Origin: a virus
Reading direction: 5' to 3' (one strand)
Virus record (IMG/VR): IMGVR_UViG_3300029258_004576
Length of the DNA: 42,212 nt
The notes under the pieces were generated by a model. That model was not told the origin of the DNA and ran no database searches. It was given only the letters and a program-made list of their open reading frames with translations. Each line of letters opens with the position of its first letter. Position 1 is the stretch's first letter. The position numbers and the translations under genes were made by a program. This document shows, piece by piece, positions 7,931 to 17,004 of this stretch.

Positions 7931-8251
7931 CTACCCTCGGTAGGAACCTACCGTTGACAAAATCTTCTTTGCCTTCTCACAATCCTGATCACATGGCCGA
8001 TAACTAGGGTGCCCCCGCACCACTGTAAACGCAATACGAATAGCCCACGCATGAGTACCCTCAATATTTTTCTCAGCCTGAAATTCCTCTCGAACCTCCT
8101 TGTCTTCATGCCGCGTATAATACCGATACCAATCACCAACCTTCATTCGATCCGACACTGCAAGCAAATCCGATTGTGCCTCTGTCAATTTACATATTGT
8201 CATTTCACTTCCCCTTTGGGCCGTTTTCCCACTCGTGTCAATTTCTTCCAC
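7931..8251 (-). CDS. Hypothetical protein
   Basis: 106-aa ORF within the operon. Confidence 0.6.
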   Translation of the reverse strand: MEEIDTSGKTAQRGSEMTICKLTEAQSDLLAVSDRMKVGDWYRYYTRHEDKEVREEFQAEKNIEGTHAWAIRIAFTVVRGHPSYRPCDQDCEKAKKILSTVGSYRG

Positions 8252-8258
8252 CCTTTAA

Positions 8259-8909
8259 TCATTTCACCCTCATCAACACAACGGCATGTGGATCATGCCT
8301 ATCGGGAGAACACTCCTGTACCATAGGATAAATTCTAGTCCCATCATCCAGCTCAATTTGAACAAACTCATCAACTTGACCCGTCTCTGTAGTAGCCTTC
8401 TGAAAAAATACTCGCACAATTGTCCTACCCACTAAATCTGCCCCCGTGCACTCCATACCATGGCCTTTTTTTCTCCGCCATCGCGCTATTGCAGACTCAA
8501 TAGCCATACGCCGATCATTGATTTTACTACTAAATTGCCGACCATTGACTTCCACTCCAAAACCACTCTTAGTTTTCCTCCAAGATACGATCATAATTTT
8601 CTCGCCACAATTCTCCTCATCCTCAATGATCGTTTGTTGGCGACTTTTCTTCAGCTCATTCTCCCACCTTTTATGCGCCTGAACACCTCCCCATAACTGA
8701 TCTCCCATGGCTACAGCTCGCCTTTCCTCCCGCCACAATCCCAAGGCAGAATCAATAGCAGCCTGTCTCTCCAGTAATGGACTATGGTACCGTTTACCAT
8801 CAATCTCCACAGTGAACCCATTCGGATGATTCATGTGAGATCTTGATCGCGAAATGATTTTTATCTTCTCGCCATCCTCAATGATTGTTTGCTGTTTTCT
8901 TCTTCCCAT
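8259..8909 (-). CDS. Hypothetical protein with an internally duplicated ~60-aa domain
   Basis: QQTIIED...KI.I.S...GF.VE.(D/N)G+.(Y/F).S....R..AI(D/E)SA...WR occurs twice; AGGAG RBS before MGRRK. Confidence 0.75.
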   Translation of the reverse strand: MGRRKQQTIIEDGEKIKIISRSRSHMNHPNGFTVEIDGKRYHSPLLERQAAIDSALGLWREERRAVAMGDQLWGGVQAHKRWENELKKSRQQTIIEDEENCGEKIMIVSWRKTKSGFGVEVNGRQFSSKINDRRMAIESAIARWRRKKGHGMECTGADLVGRTIVRVFFQKATTETGQVDEFVQIELDDGTRIYPMVQECSPDRHDPHAVVLMRVK

Positions 8910-8955
8910 TTTTTCTCCTTCCGGTGTCTCACCAGGTATAGAACTATCAATATAC

Positions 8956-8984
8956 AGAGTATCACAATAGGAAACAATTATCAA
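8956..8984 (-). promoter_or_regulatory. Sigma70-type promoter
   Basis: TTGATA-N17-TACTCT with TG in the extended -10 region. Confidence 0.6.
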
Positions 8985-8995
8985 CAAAGATGAAA

Positions 8996-9616
8996 TTAAG
9001 TTCGTTTACTATCAAAAATCATGACCATCCCCTCACGAGGATCTATCACATTACCAAGCAAAGTCATCCCCTCATAGATACTGTCCGGAAGTTCTCTCGC
9101 AGAGAAAACAGCTAACACAGAGGGGAACGTTGCACCAGAATCCGCACCAACAAATTTGTACCTACCCCGGAAAAAACATATCAACGCTGCATGATCCCAC
9201 ACTGCTTGAAACCATCTCGTATCTGTCCTTGCTGGTAGCAAGCACGCCACCGTCGAACCATGCTTCTCTACCTGTTCGTAAGCACGATTGACCCACTCAC
9301 CAATACCCGGCGAATCCTGAAGTAAATGGTGACCTCGCTCAACACATTTTTTCTTAGCACATTTATCCAGCGGATACTTACACCTCTTCTCGCCTTTTCC
9401 ATATGGAGGATTCATCCACATCCTCGCCCCATCCCACTCTGTAGAAAAAGCGTCATCCTCTGGAGAAATAAACTTCTCAGTTTTTGTATTCTCTTTCGTC
9501 GCACACACATCCAAATCAAAATCAAACAACTCATTTAATGGATCAAACAATTCAGGTGGCGTTTCCCAGTCACGTCCAGCACTACTCATCAATGGCTTCA
9601 TCCGATCTGACAACAT
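8996..9616 (-). CDS. Phage DNA N6-adenine methyltransferase (phage Dam family)
   Basis: WETPPELF, FDLDVCA, WMNPPY, LLPARTDTRWF, RGR.KF. Confidence 0.92.
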   Translation of the reverse strand: MLSDRMKPLMSSAGRDWETPPELFDPLNELFDFDLDVCATKENTKTEKFISPEDDAFSTEWDGARMWMNPPYGKGEKRCKYPLDKCAKKKCVERGHHLLQDSPGIGEWVNRAYEQVEKHGSTVACLLPARTDTRWFQAVWDHAALICFFRGRYKFVGADSGATFPSVLAVFSARELPDSIYEGMTLLGNVIDPREGMVMIFDSKRT

Positions 9617-9626
9617 TCTCTCCTCC

Positions 9627-10004
9627 TCACATCATCTTTCCTGCAACCAACTTTCTCTCTCCTCTGTACAGACACCATCTAACATCACTATTTTCGACCC
9701 ACCTCCTGCCAATACCGACCAACGCAAAAAAGGAATATACTTCTTCCTCATTTTTGCCCCCCGACGCATTCATCTTCTTCCAAAGCTGGACTACATGATT
9801 CCCAAATGCCCGTCTTTTCCCCAACGCGATGATCCACGCCGCTTCCCTACCTTTGGCCCGATCCGGCTGTCGTTTAGGAATGATTTTTTGTATCACACCT
9901 GGCGACCACGCCAATACCGCACTCTCGACAATCATCTTGCCATCCAAGATAACAAGACTCAACTTTGTTTCATCTGCTGTATCCGTCGTTCCCATTCTTG
10001 GCAC
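9627..10004 (-). CDS. Hypothetical protein
   Basis: 125-aa ORF overlapping the upstream gene end. Confidence 0.55.
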   Translation of the reverse strand: MPRMGTTDTADETKLSLVILDGKMIVESAVLAWSPGVIQKIIPKRQPDRAKGREAAWIIALGKRRAFGNHVVQLWKKMNASGGKNEEEVYSFFALVGIGRRWVENSDVRWCLYRGERKLVAGKMM

Positions 10005-10402
10005 TTTTTACACATCCTAAAATATGACGACTGGTCAATACTCAACACAGTTACTGGAGTAGACTTCACAGCCTCTTTGCAACTGTCCCAATTGAACACT
10101 GGTACCAGATCAAATCCACAACCCAACTCAACCTTTGGCCTCACCCCCCTGCCAATATCTTCTGTCGAGACTTGAGCAATCAGATGCTTCACTCGACCAC
10201 TTTTCATACTCTTCACAAGCCCTTCTTTGACCGGCTCCCAGCCAAACAATACAAACTTCTTCGTCAACCAACGCTCAAGCCACTCAGCCCGGCCCTCAAC
10301 CGCCTCGGGAATCCGATACATGACAATGCTCCCAAGCCGCTCCTCGGCCACCCTGGACGACATACGCTTACCCACAGGGAAATGTATTACATTGTCCATC
10401 AA
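9959..10402 (-). CDS. Hypothetical protein with C-terminal CxxC
   Basis: NVIHFP start typical of phage proteins; start overlaps the upstream stop. Confidence 0.65.
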   Translation of the reverse strand: MMDNVIHFPVGKRMSSRVAEERLGSIVMYRIPEAVEGRAEWLERWLTKKFVLFGWEPVKEGLVKSMKSGRVKHLIAQVSTEDIGRGVRPKVELGCGFDLVPVFNWDSCKEAVKSTPVTVLSIDQSSYFRMCKKCQEWERRIQQMKQS

Positions 10403-10716
10403 TACTCGGCACCTGTTTTCTTGTCCTCCTCCTTCACTCTATAATCAGGGTGCGCTCTCAACATAGCCTCGTGAGAAATCTTCAACTCATTATTTTCCGG
10501 AAAATCTACAGCCCGATCATTCAAGGTAATAACCCCACCTGGTATGCACACTGAGTAAACCTGACGTCCCCCCACCTTCCCCTTGTTACCTACCACGATT
10601 CCCAAATCCCCCTCCTTGAACGCGATCATCTTGCCTGTTAATTTTCCATCAGATTTTTTTTCTGCAACTTTTCCACCTATCGTTAAGATAACTGGCTCAC
10701 CTACACAATTCCGCAT
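10399..10716 (-). CDS. Hypothetical protein (possible SH3/KOW-like barrel)
   Basis: FKEGDLGIVV...YSV beta-rich pattern. Confidence 0.6.
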   Translation of the reverse strand: MRNCVGEPVILTIGGKVAEKKSDGKLTGKMIAFKEGDLGIVVGNKGKVGGRQVYSVCIPGGVITLNDRAVDFPENNELKISHEAMLRAHPDYRVKEEDKKTGAEY

Positions 10717-10719
10717 TGT

Positions 10720-11580
10720 TCAACCTTCCACGTCCCCTTTTGATTTATCCTCGCCAGCCAAACGTTCTAACATAGGCACAATCAAGTCATTCATATCTCT
10801 ACTCTCGTCCCTACATTTAGCCATAAGCACCTCCAACCCCTGCAACGCTAGAGGTGACAACATCACATAGAGATGCTGTTTACCACCATATGTAAATATC
10901 ATGAAACTATGTTTCAAATCAGAACCATATTGACGAAAAAGATTGTTCAAAATCTTTCCCAAGCCATCTACGCTCTTGACCTTCTTCGTCTTATCCTTCA
11001 ACGCAGCCAGCAAGCCATCCCCGCCAATGCCTGACTCCTTGACTGCCTTCTCCACACCTTGTGTAATCTTCTTCCAGGCATCGCTGGAAGTAAACCCAAA
11101 CAACGCCTGCAACTGATCCTCTCCGTACTTCTCAACCTTCTTCTCATACAGTTTGATAAACTTATCAGGATTCAACTTACCGTGAATGACATTCAATCTC
11201 ACTGTCAACAACTCTTGTAAATCGACATCCATGAAACGTTCATCTGTCAAAATGTTACACGGGATCTTCTGCCAACCCAACGTCTGGAGAGCTTGCCATC
11301 TATGCTCACCTCCGATGATTGTGAACTTGCCACCCGGCGACGGTACTACCTGTATCGCACTTACCATACCAGTCTCTTCAATCTCCTTGACAAGCCGATT
11401 GAAGGTATCATCATCCATTTCGTTCGGATTGAAATCATTTTTGGTAACAAGCTCTATCGGCACATCATAGGTCGGCAAAGTCTTGGATAATTCCACACCA
11501 AGCTCTTTCATGTCGTCATCAACCGAGCCACTCTCTTCCTTTACAAAAACAGGTAAATCTTTCTTCTTTTTGCCAGCCAC
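10720..11580 (-). CDS. ParB/Srx N-terminal-domain protein (IbrB-like)
   Basis: NDFNPNEM...LVKEIEETGM...IIGGEHRWQA...RLNVIHG. Confidence 0.85.
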   Translation of the reverse strand: MAGKKKKDLPVFVKEESGSVDDDMKELGVELSKTLPTYDVPIELVTKNDFNPNEMDDDTFNRLVKEIEETGMVSAIQVVPSPGGKFTIIGGEHRWQALQTLGWQKIPCNILTDERFMDVDLQELLTVRLNVIHGKLNPDKFIKLYEKKVEKYGEDQLQALFGFTSSDAWKKITQGVEKAVKESGIGGDGLLAALKDKTKKVKSVDGLGKILNNLFRQYGSDLKHSFMIFTYGGKQHLYVMLSPLALQGLEVLMAKCRDESRDMNDLIVPMLERLAGEDKSKGDVEG

Positions 11581-11583
11581 AAC

Positions 11584-13056
11584 CTACTCCTTACGAACTA
11601 TAATATTCGCCTGATCACAGGTGTCCACCCACCCAAGATTATCAAGTATCTCTCGCAAATCATACAACGTCGGCAAAGATTGAGGAACATCACCAAGCAC
11701 TTTCAAACTATTTTTCCTACCCCACGGCTTCAGCCATGGCAAATGTTCTTCAATCACATCGAGAAAAACATCCAAATGAAACTCGTTACCGAGCCCCTTT
11801 GCAACCTTCTCAACCACCTGAAACAACGTTAGCTTACCATCTTTCCCTGATCGATCCAGGTGTACACGATACTGATTTCTGATCAACATACTGATCTCTT
11901 CCCACACTTGCCCAGAAACCTTGCTCAACCTTTGCTCATCTCGTAACCTCAATATCAAAGGAAAGATCATTTCCACTGCCTCGTCATAATTCGTAACTAT
12001 CCACTCCGCCAACACCGTGGCCTCATCCGCATTCCCAGTATTGTAATAAAACGGATAGTCCTTTCCTAACCTGGAAATAACCCAAGGCTCATGAGGAAAA
12101 ATCCCCACCATCCCATACAATAATCGACCTATCTCCTCTTCATGTGCCGCAAGATCAAATTCTGATGCACACGAAACAAACAAATGTGCACTCGCCAAAC
12201 TACGACAATAGACCTCCAGCCCCATCCTCGCATTGATACCTTGGATAAAAGATCGATCAAGTTGCGGAAAAACTTTTTCAACTTTGTACCGAGGCGACCA
12301 TGACGCCACCAGTACCTTGATCGGCGTAATCACAAACAGCTTCCTGGCTACCTTCATCTCAAATCGTTTGTTAGCTACAAAGTTGAAATCACCCCCACAT
12401 AACAAAACCGGACATTCCCTCGCCTTCTTCACCTCTGACTGTTCTTCAACAACCTGAAGCACTTTAGACAAATCATGAGCCCTTGGCCAAAAAAAGGATC
12501 TATCTCTAAAAACCTTACTCATAGACGGGTTTGTCTTCCGCGACACAAAGGTAGACAACACCTGTCTCTCCGTTTCCGAACACAACGCAGTATGACAGCT
12601 GACATAATTGCTCGCCAACAACAACCACGTATTCACGTTATCGACTATTCTGAAGTCAACATCTTCATTATGATCTCGAATCACCACAGGCAACGAAGAT
12701 TTTCTCACTGGATCATTCAACAAACAGGACAAATAACCAGCATACTGGACACAATTCGACAACACTGCATCGACCACAAAACGTCCACCTCTCCTCGCAA
12801 AATACTGAGCTATCTCATATGCTGGAAATCCCGCAATACTGTTCACTAAATAATCTCTCGTGTTATCAATATACACGTACTGCATACGATCATGCCCACG
12901 GAGCCCATCCTGAACCCACTGAGGCAAAACCACATACCAATATATATCTTCCCCTTTGTCCCTTAAATATGTAGAAAAATCAAAAAACTCACGGAACCCC
13001 TCGTTGCCATCCAGCGTTTGCTGACTGACCAAGGGAACATATAAAATTCTAGGCAT
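11584..13056 (-). CDS. Divergent GT-B-fold glycosyltransferase-like protein
   Basis: MPRILYV start, two Rossmann-like halves, K-R (NKR) loop and AHLFVSCASE...G...FP...YPFYY, resembling phage DNA glycosyltransferases. Confidence 0.55.
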   Translation of the reverse strand: MPRILYVPLVSQQTLDGNEGFREFFDFSTYLRDKGEDIYWYVVLPQWVQDGLRGHDRMQYVYIDNTRDYLVNSIAGFPAYEIAQYFARRGGRFVVDAVLSNCVQYAGYLSCLLNDPVRKSSLPVVIRDHNEDVDFRIVDNVNTWLLLASNYVSCHTALCSETERQVLSTFVSRKTNPSMSKVFRDRSFFWPRAHDLSKVLQVVEEQSEVKKARECPVLLCGGDFNFVANKRFEMKVARKLFVITPIKVLVASWSPRYKVEKVFPQLDRSFIQGINARMGLEVYCRSLASAHLFVSCASEFDLAAHEEEIGRLLYGMVGIFPHEPWVISRLGKDYPFYYNTGNADEATVLAEWIVTNYDEAVEMIFPLILRLRDEQRLSKVSGQVWEEISMLIRNQYRVHLDRSGKDGKLTLFQVVEKVAKGLGNEFHLDVFLDVIEEHLPWLKPWGRKNSLKVLGDVPQSLPTLYDLREILDNLGWVDTCDQANIIVRKE

Positions 13057-13088
13057 TCAACACCCTGACCGCCCCGATGGACGAAGAT

Positions 13089-13934
13089 TTACTTTTCAAT
13101 ATACAACCGATCTTTAGACATGAGGTAATCCCAGAAAGCAATAACAAGATCTTTGGCTTCTGTCGAAATCATCTGATCTCCAAAATGAACATCCAGGAAA
13201 TCTTTCACGAGAACTTCTTTTTGCTCTTTCTCTCTCTCGGAAACAGTCTTCATCTCGACTTGTTTCTTCTTTTTCTTATCCTTACTCTTTGCTACCTGAC
13301 GTCTCACACCTTTTGTCGTTACCTTTTTCTTCCCCGCCGCCTCTGCCTCTTCTTCCGCTTTTTTTATCGCCTCAGCCTGTTCATCCTTGGATAACGCAGA
13401 AACAGTCCTCGCCGCTGTCATCCCCATCTCTCCAGATAAAATCTTCTGCTTCACAGCATCGTCCACGTCCAATAAAGACAAATACTGAGAAACCCACCCC
13501 TGCGATTTATGAATCAAACTCGCCAACGCAGATTGTTTTCTGAGTCCCTTGACACGTTTGATCTCTTCCAGCCCATTAGCTATATCAAGAGGATTGAGAT
13601 CTTGCCGGTGAATATTCTCAACGAGCTTCAAAACTATCTCGTCTTCCGTCTTCCCCTTGATAGACTTTACATCCACCGACCTCATGCCATTGTACTGAAC
13701 TGCTTTATAACGCCTGAATCCAGCAATTAAACGAAAATTACCCCTACCCAAATCTTTGACTACCAAAGGCTGCAATAAACCATGCTCCTTGATACTCTCT
13801 GCAAGTTGTAAAATCTTCGCCTTCTCATCCAGGGGAAATTCAGACAACATCGTCTCTCGCAAATCCGTTACTCCGTCAATCGTCCGAATGTTGTTTGGAA
13901 TCCTGATCTTACTCAACGCCACCATTGAAGCCAT
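13089..13934 (-). CDS. ParB/Spo0J-family protein
   Basis: LAESIKEHGLLQPLVV, LIAGFRRYKA, ENIHRQDLNPLD, HTH KSQGWVSQYLSLL. Confidence 0.92.
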   Translation of the reverse strand: MASMVALSKIRIPNNIRTIDGVTDLRETMLSEFPLDEKAKILQLAESIKEHGLLQPLVVKDLGRGNFRLIAGFRRYKAVQYNGMRSVDVKSIKGKTEDEIVLKLVENIHRQDLNPLDIANGLEEIKRVKGLRKQSALASLIHKSQGWVSQYLSLLDVDDAVKQKILSGEMGMTAARTVSALSKDEQAEAIKKAEEEAEAAGKKKVTTKGVRRQVAKSKDKKKKKQVEMKTVSEREKEQKEVLVKDFLDVHFGDQMISTEAKDLVIAFWDYLMSKDRLYIEK

Positions 13935-13964
13935 AATCCATCTCTCCTTTTCCGGGATCTCTGC

Positions 13965-14801
13965 CTACTCTCCCAATTTTTGAACCAACTTGTTATACAA
14001 CGCTCGTCCATGTACTATTTTTTCTGTCGTTTGATCTACCGCAACAAACTTGACGCCAAACTGTGTCGCAATCTTGTCAAAATACTTCGACTTATTTTTC
14101 TGCCCTCCTTCGCTCTGCGCCATATTCGTAGCTACATAATCCTGACAAATCAAAGACAACAAATGACCTTTCTTCTTACTCTCAGCAGTCTTGGACGCCA
14201 ACTCTATAGCCTGATCTACTATCATACGTTGATCATCCATCATCGTCGCAGTAAACGATTTAGAATCTTTGACCTTCTTAGGATCCCCTCCAGCTTCCTC
14301 AACAAGAAGACGCTTGGCCTCCATCTGCAATTCTACCCCCGTCAACTCCTTGGCTTTTTCAAGCCACTCCATCACGTTGTCCTCCTCCACAACTCCCACA
14401 AGGTATCGTGCTTTCGTCCAGCCAATCTCTTTGACATCACTTATCATCTGCTCGTAAACTTTTTTACCTTTTTTCTTCACTTTCGGACCAAGGTACGCAA
14501 CAAACCAATTATACATGGCCACCAGATACTGCGATGTCCTAACGTTCATCTGGACTTCATTTTCGATATACTGCTCGAAATTATTATACCCCCACCGTTG
14601 AAAAATATTTTCATCATGCACACGGTACAGGCACTCAGCCAGCTGCCACCGAGAACGATCCATCTCCTCTTTAAGTTTGATAACCTGAGATCTGATCTCG
14701 GCATACGGAACCTCGCCCCCATGCTCATCAACATCTCCGACCACTTTCAAATTACTATCTGTTGCCATAACTTTCTCTCCTGTTTCGACTGTGAAAAACA
14801 A
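13965..14801 (-). CDS. Phage protein with DUF3102-like helical domain (likely start 14768)
   Basis: WQLAECLYRV...GYNNFEQYIENEVQMNVRTSQYL. Confidence 0.6.
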   Translation of the reverse strand: MFFTVETGEKVMATDSNLKVVGDVDEHGGEVPYAEIRSQVIKLKEEMDRSRWQLAECLYRVHDENIFQRWGYNNFEQYIENEVQMNVRTSQYLVAMYNWFVAYLGPKVKKKGKKVYEQMISDVKEIGWTKARYLVGVVEEDNVMEWLEKAKELTGVELQMEAKRLLVEEAGGDPKKVKDSKSFTATMMDDQRMIVDQAIELASKTAESKKKGHLLSLICQDYVATNMAQSEGGQKNKSKYFDKIATQFGVKFVAVDQTTEKIVHGRALYNKLVQKLGE

Positions 14802-15078
14802 TGTCCTTACACCTGACCTCAGTTAACGTATCCTCCTGCCCCTTCCGGTTCATCAACTCCCCTTCGATGCTTACGTAATCACCTTTCATTAACTTGTTTC
14901 GTTCACACGCAAAAACATTGCGACCATAGATATTCACCCTGACATACAAGACCTGCTTATATGCCTGCTCTACCGCTAAACGGAAATTACAAGCATCATC
15001 TCCACCATGTGTTTTCCCATATGATAAATCACTCGCAATATTTCCAGAACCAATCCAAACATTTAATCCTCTGTGCAC
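14755..15078 (-). CDS. ssb: Single-stranded DNA-binding protein (bacterial OB type, no acidic tail)
   Basis: LNVWIGSGNI..D, CNFRLAV, KGDYVSIEGEL, TEV. Confidence 0.8.
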   Translation of the reverse strand: MHRGLNVWIGSGNIASDLSYGKTHGGDDACNFRLAVEQAYKQVLYVRVNIYGRNVFACERNKLMKGDYVSIEGELMNRKGQEDTLTEVRCKDIVFHSRNRRESYGNR

Positions 15079-15107
15079 GCTCTATCTCCATTACTACCCC
15101 GAACAAG

Positions 15108-15692
15108 CTACAACTTTAGTTCCGATTGACGTAGAAACCTACTCCGTTCCTCGTTGATTTTCCCATACCAATAATAAGCCACAACAAAAGCATCCATCTC
15201 GTCCCAGTTATTAAACCGCAAACCACTCCCCTGTAAAAAACGATCAACCTGTTCTTTTTGCTTCCCACGTTTAATTCCACCCGTCAGAAACTTCCGTGCC
15301 GAATTGACCGCCACTGAAACAACAGGTGTATGACATGCCATCAAAACCTGAGAACGAATCACCCCTCCAAGTTCGGCCAATCGCGTAACAGACGCCGACT
15401 GCACAGGATGTCCATTCTTGCTGCGAACAGGAGAATAAGCATAATTTTCTTTGACGATACCACCCGAACAACCAACCTCTTTGACAAACCCAACAACTCT
15501 CTCAGCAATCTCCAAGTATCGTTCGGTCTCAAGCCTCGCTATAATATGAGGTTTTCCATAAGCTGCTTCTTTTCGCGTCGTCCTGATCGACATCAAACGC
15601 AAACTGTCCATATCCCCTTCCCAATGAGCAGGAATAAAACACATCCCCGTGTTTGCCAATGACAGATCTAACCCCACAACACTGTGCATCAT
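15108..15692 (-). CDS. RuvC-like Holliday junction resolvase
   Basis: GLDLSLANTG, ENYAYS, LAELGG, DEMDAF. Confidence 0.85.
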   Translation of the reverse strand: MMHSVVGLDLSLANTGMCFIPAHWEGDMDSLRLMSIRTTRKEAAYGKPHIIARLETERYLEIAERVVGFVKEVGCSGGIVKENYAYSPVRSKNGHPVQSASVTRLAELGGVIRSQVLMACHTPVVSVAVNSARKFLTGGIKRGKQKEQVDRFLQGSGLRFNNWDEMDAFVVAYYWYGKINEERSRFLRQSELKL

Positions 15693-15695
15693 TAC

Positions 15696-16022
15696 CTACT
15701 CGATCAAAGCCTCAATCTGATCTTCCGTCACCAAAATCAGTTTACAAACCTCATCGTCATCATGCGGTATTTGCTGACCGTAATACTTGCCAACCAATAC
15801 CCGATCTTTCTTCTTCACAAGCTGAACATCTTTGCCCACACTAACAACCGTCGCTTGTCTGGTAGCCTCATCCCCCGTCGTCTCTGGTAACAGAATAATA
15901 CCACCTGGCGACATCGTTTCACGGTCCATCTCGTCCAACAACAAAAACACACCTTTGGGCAAAACAGGGATCATTCCCCTACCCTCAACCCTGCTAATAA
16001 CTTCACTGTTTTGATTTGTCAA
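15696..16022 (-). CDS. groES: Co-chaperonin GroES-like protein
   Basis: SPGGIILLP mobile loop, VVSVG, VK..DRVL..KY.G, EDQI.A.IE. Confidence 0.85.
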   Translation of the reverse strand: MTNQNSEVISRVEGRGMIPVLPKGVFLLLDEMDRETMSPGGIILLPETTGDEATRQATVVSVGKDVQLVKKKDRVLVGKYYGQQIPHDDDEVCKLILVTEDQIEALIE

Positions 16023-16065
16023 AAATCCACTCCTTCTCCATCAACATCTCTCAAGACACAGCCCC

Positions 16066-16094
16066 ACCTTACGTGACGTATTCATAGACTGCAA
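16066..16094 (-). promoter_or_regulatory. Sigma70-type promoter for the groES-ruvC-ssb-parB operon
   Basis: TTGCAG-N17-TAAGGT in an intergenic gap. Confidence 0.5.
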
Positions 16095-16101
16095 GACTTT
16101 G

Positions 16102-17004
16102 CTACTCAAAACAAACATCAACCAACTGGCAAACACTGGCATTCACACTATCTGGATGAACACATTTGCGCTCCGGCAACTTTCCACCCGCAATCCCATC
16201 ATGCATTTGATCCAAAGGCTTCCGAATCAGATCGCGAAATTGTTCCTTGCTGTACGGCACAACTATATCCCTTAAGAACGCCGAAGAATCGCCCCATGGT
16301 GACTTATTCATGTACCACACCTCACCATTCCTGTCTCCACACATGTACTGATATGCCCACACCTGCAAATCATGTCCATCCCTGATTGCCTTACGTGTCA
16401 AGAACCCTGTAAAACCATGGCTTTTCAAATCAACCAACACACGAGGTACATCAACCCTCCTGCTCCACCCATCCGGATGCCCATGGAGCCCCAACTTGTC
16501 GTCATGAACAAGCCACTCCATAAACGTGCCACAAAGCCGTGTCTGCTCTGACATTCCTTTCTGTCTGATAAACGGTGCTCCACACCCCCCACATTCGCTT
16601 GGCATCGTCGCCAGCTTCCCCTTTCTCCTCTTGCCTGGACACTTCGATAACCCAGCCTTATCAGTATTCCAACCACACCTCACACACTCCCACGCGCCAA
16701 CCCACTCTTGCCCTGGCCCAAAATAAAAATCACGATAAAGATCATGAAAAAGATGTCCAATCTGATACGTAATATGCAACGAAGGAGGTATGATCTCTGC
16801 CCGAATGACATCATATTTGCTCGCCAAAACCTCTTCTCGTGGACACAAATAAGGCAAACTACTGGCTCGAAAACTATCGCCCACCTTCAATGGTGGTTTC
16901 TCCTTTATCTCCTGTGTCTCTTGGATGTACTGGAATAATCTACGTCCTGCCTTCTCATTCCGCTGAATCCGTAACTCCTTCGCTATTTCCGCCATTCCCA
17001 TCAT
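16102..17004 (-). CDS. Cas4-like PD-(D/E)XK exonuclease
   Basis: ASSL..LCPR, G..FH, GHPDG, VDLKS, Q..AY and three C-terminal Cys (Fe-S staple); extra CxxC..CxxC insert. Confidence 0.8.
   Translation of the reverse strand: MMGMAEIAKELRIQRNEKAGRRLFQYIQETQEIKEKPPLKVGDSFRASSLPYLCPREEVLASKYDVIRAEIIPPSLHITYQIGHLFHDLYRDFYFGPGQEWVGAWECVRCGWNTDKAGLSKCPGKRRKGKLATMPSECGGCGAPFIRQKGMSEQTRLCGTFMEWLVHDDKLGLHGHPDGWSRRVDVPRVLVDLKSHGFTGFLTRKAIRDGHDLQVWAYQYMCGDRNGEVWYMNKSPWGDSSAFLRDIVVPYSKEQFRDLIRKPLDQMHDGIAGGKLPERKCVHPDSVNASVCQLVDVCFE

Noticed and set aside
13980-14816. 278-aa plus-strand ORF
   Set aside because: Antisense shadow of a minus-strand gene with no motifs; the same applies to 35767-36492 and the other plus-strand ORFs.
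3760-17004. Type IV CRISPR system (DinG + Cas4)
   Set aside because: The genes are 10 kb apart, with no Csf/Cas5/6/7 genes and no array.
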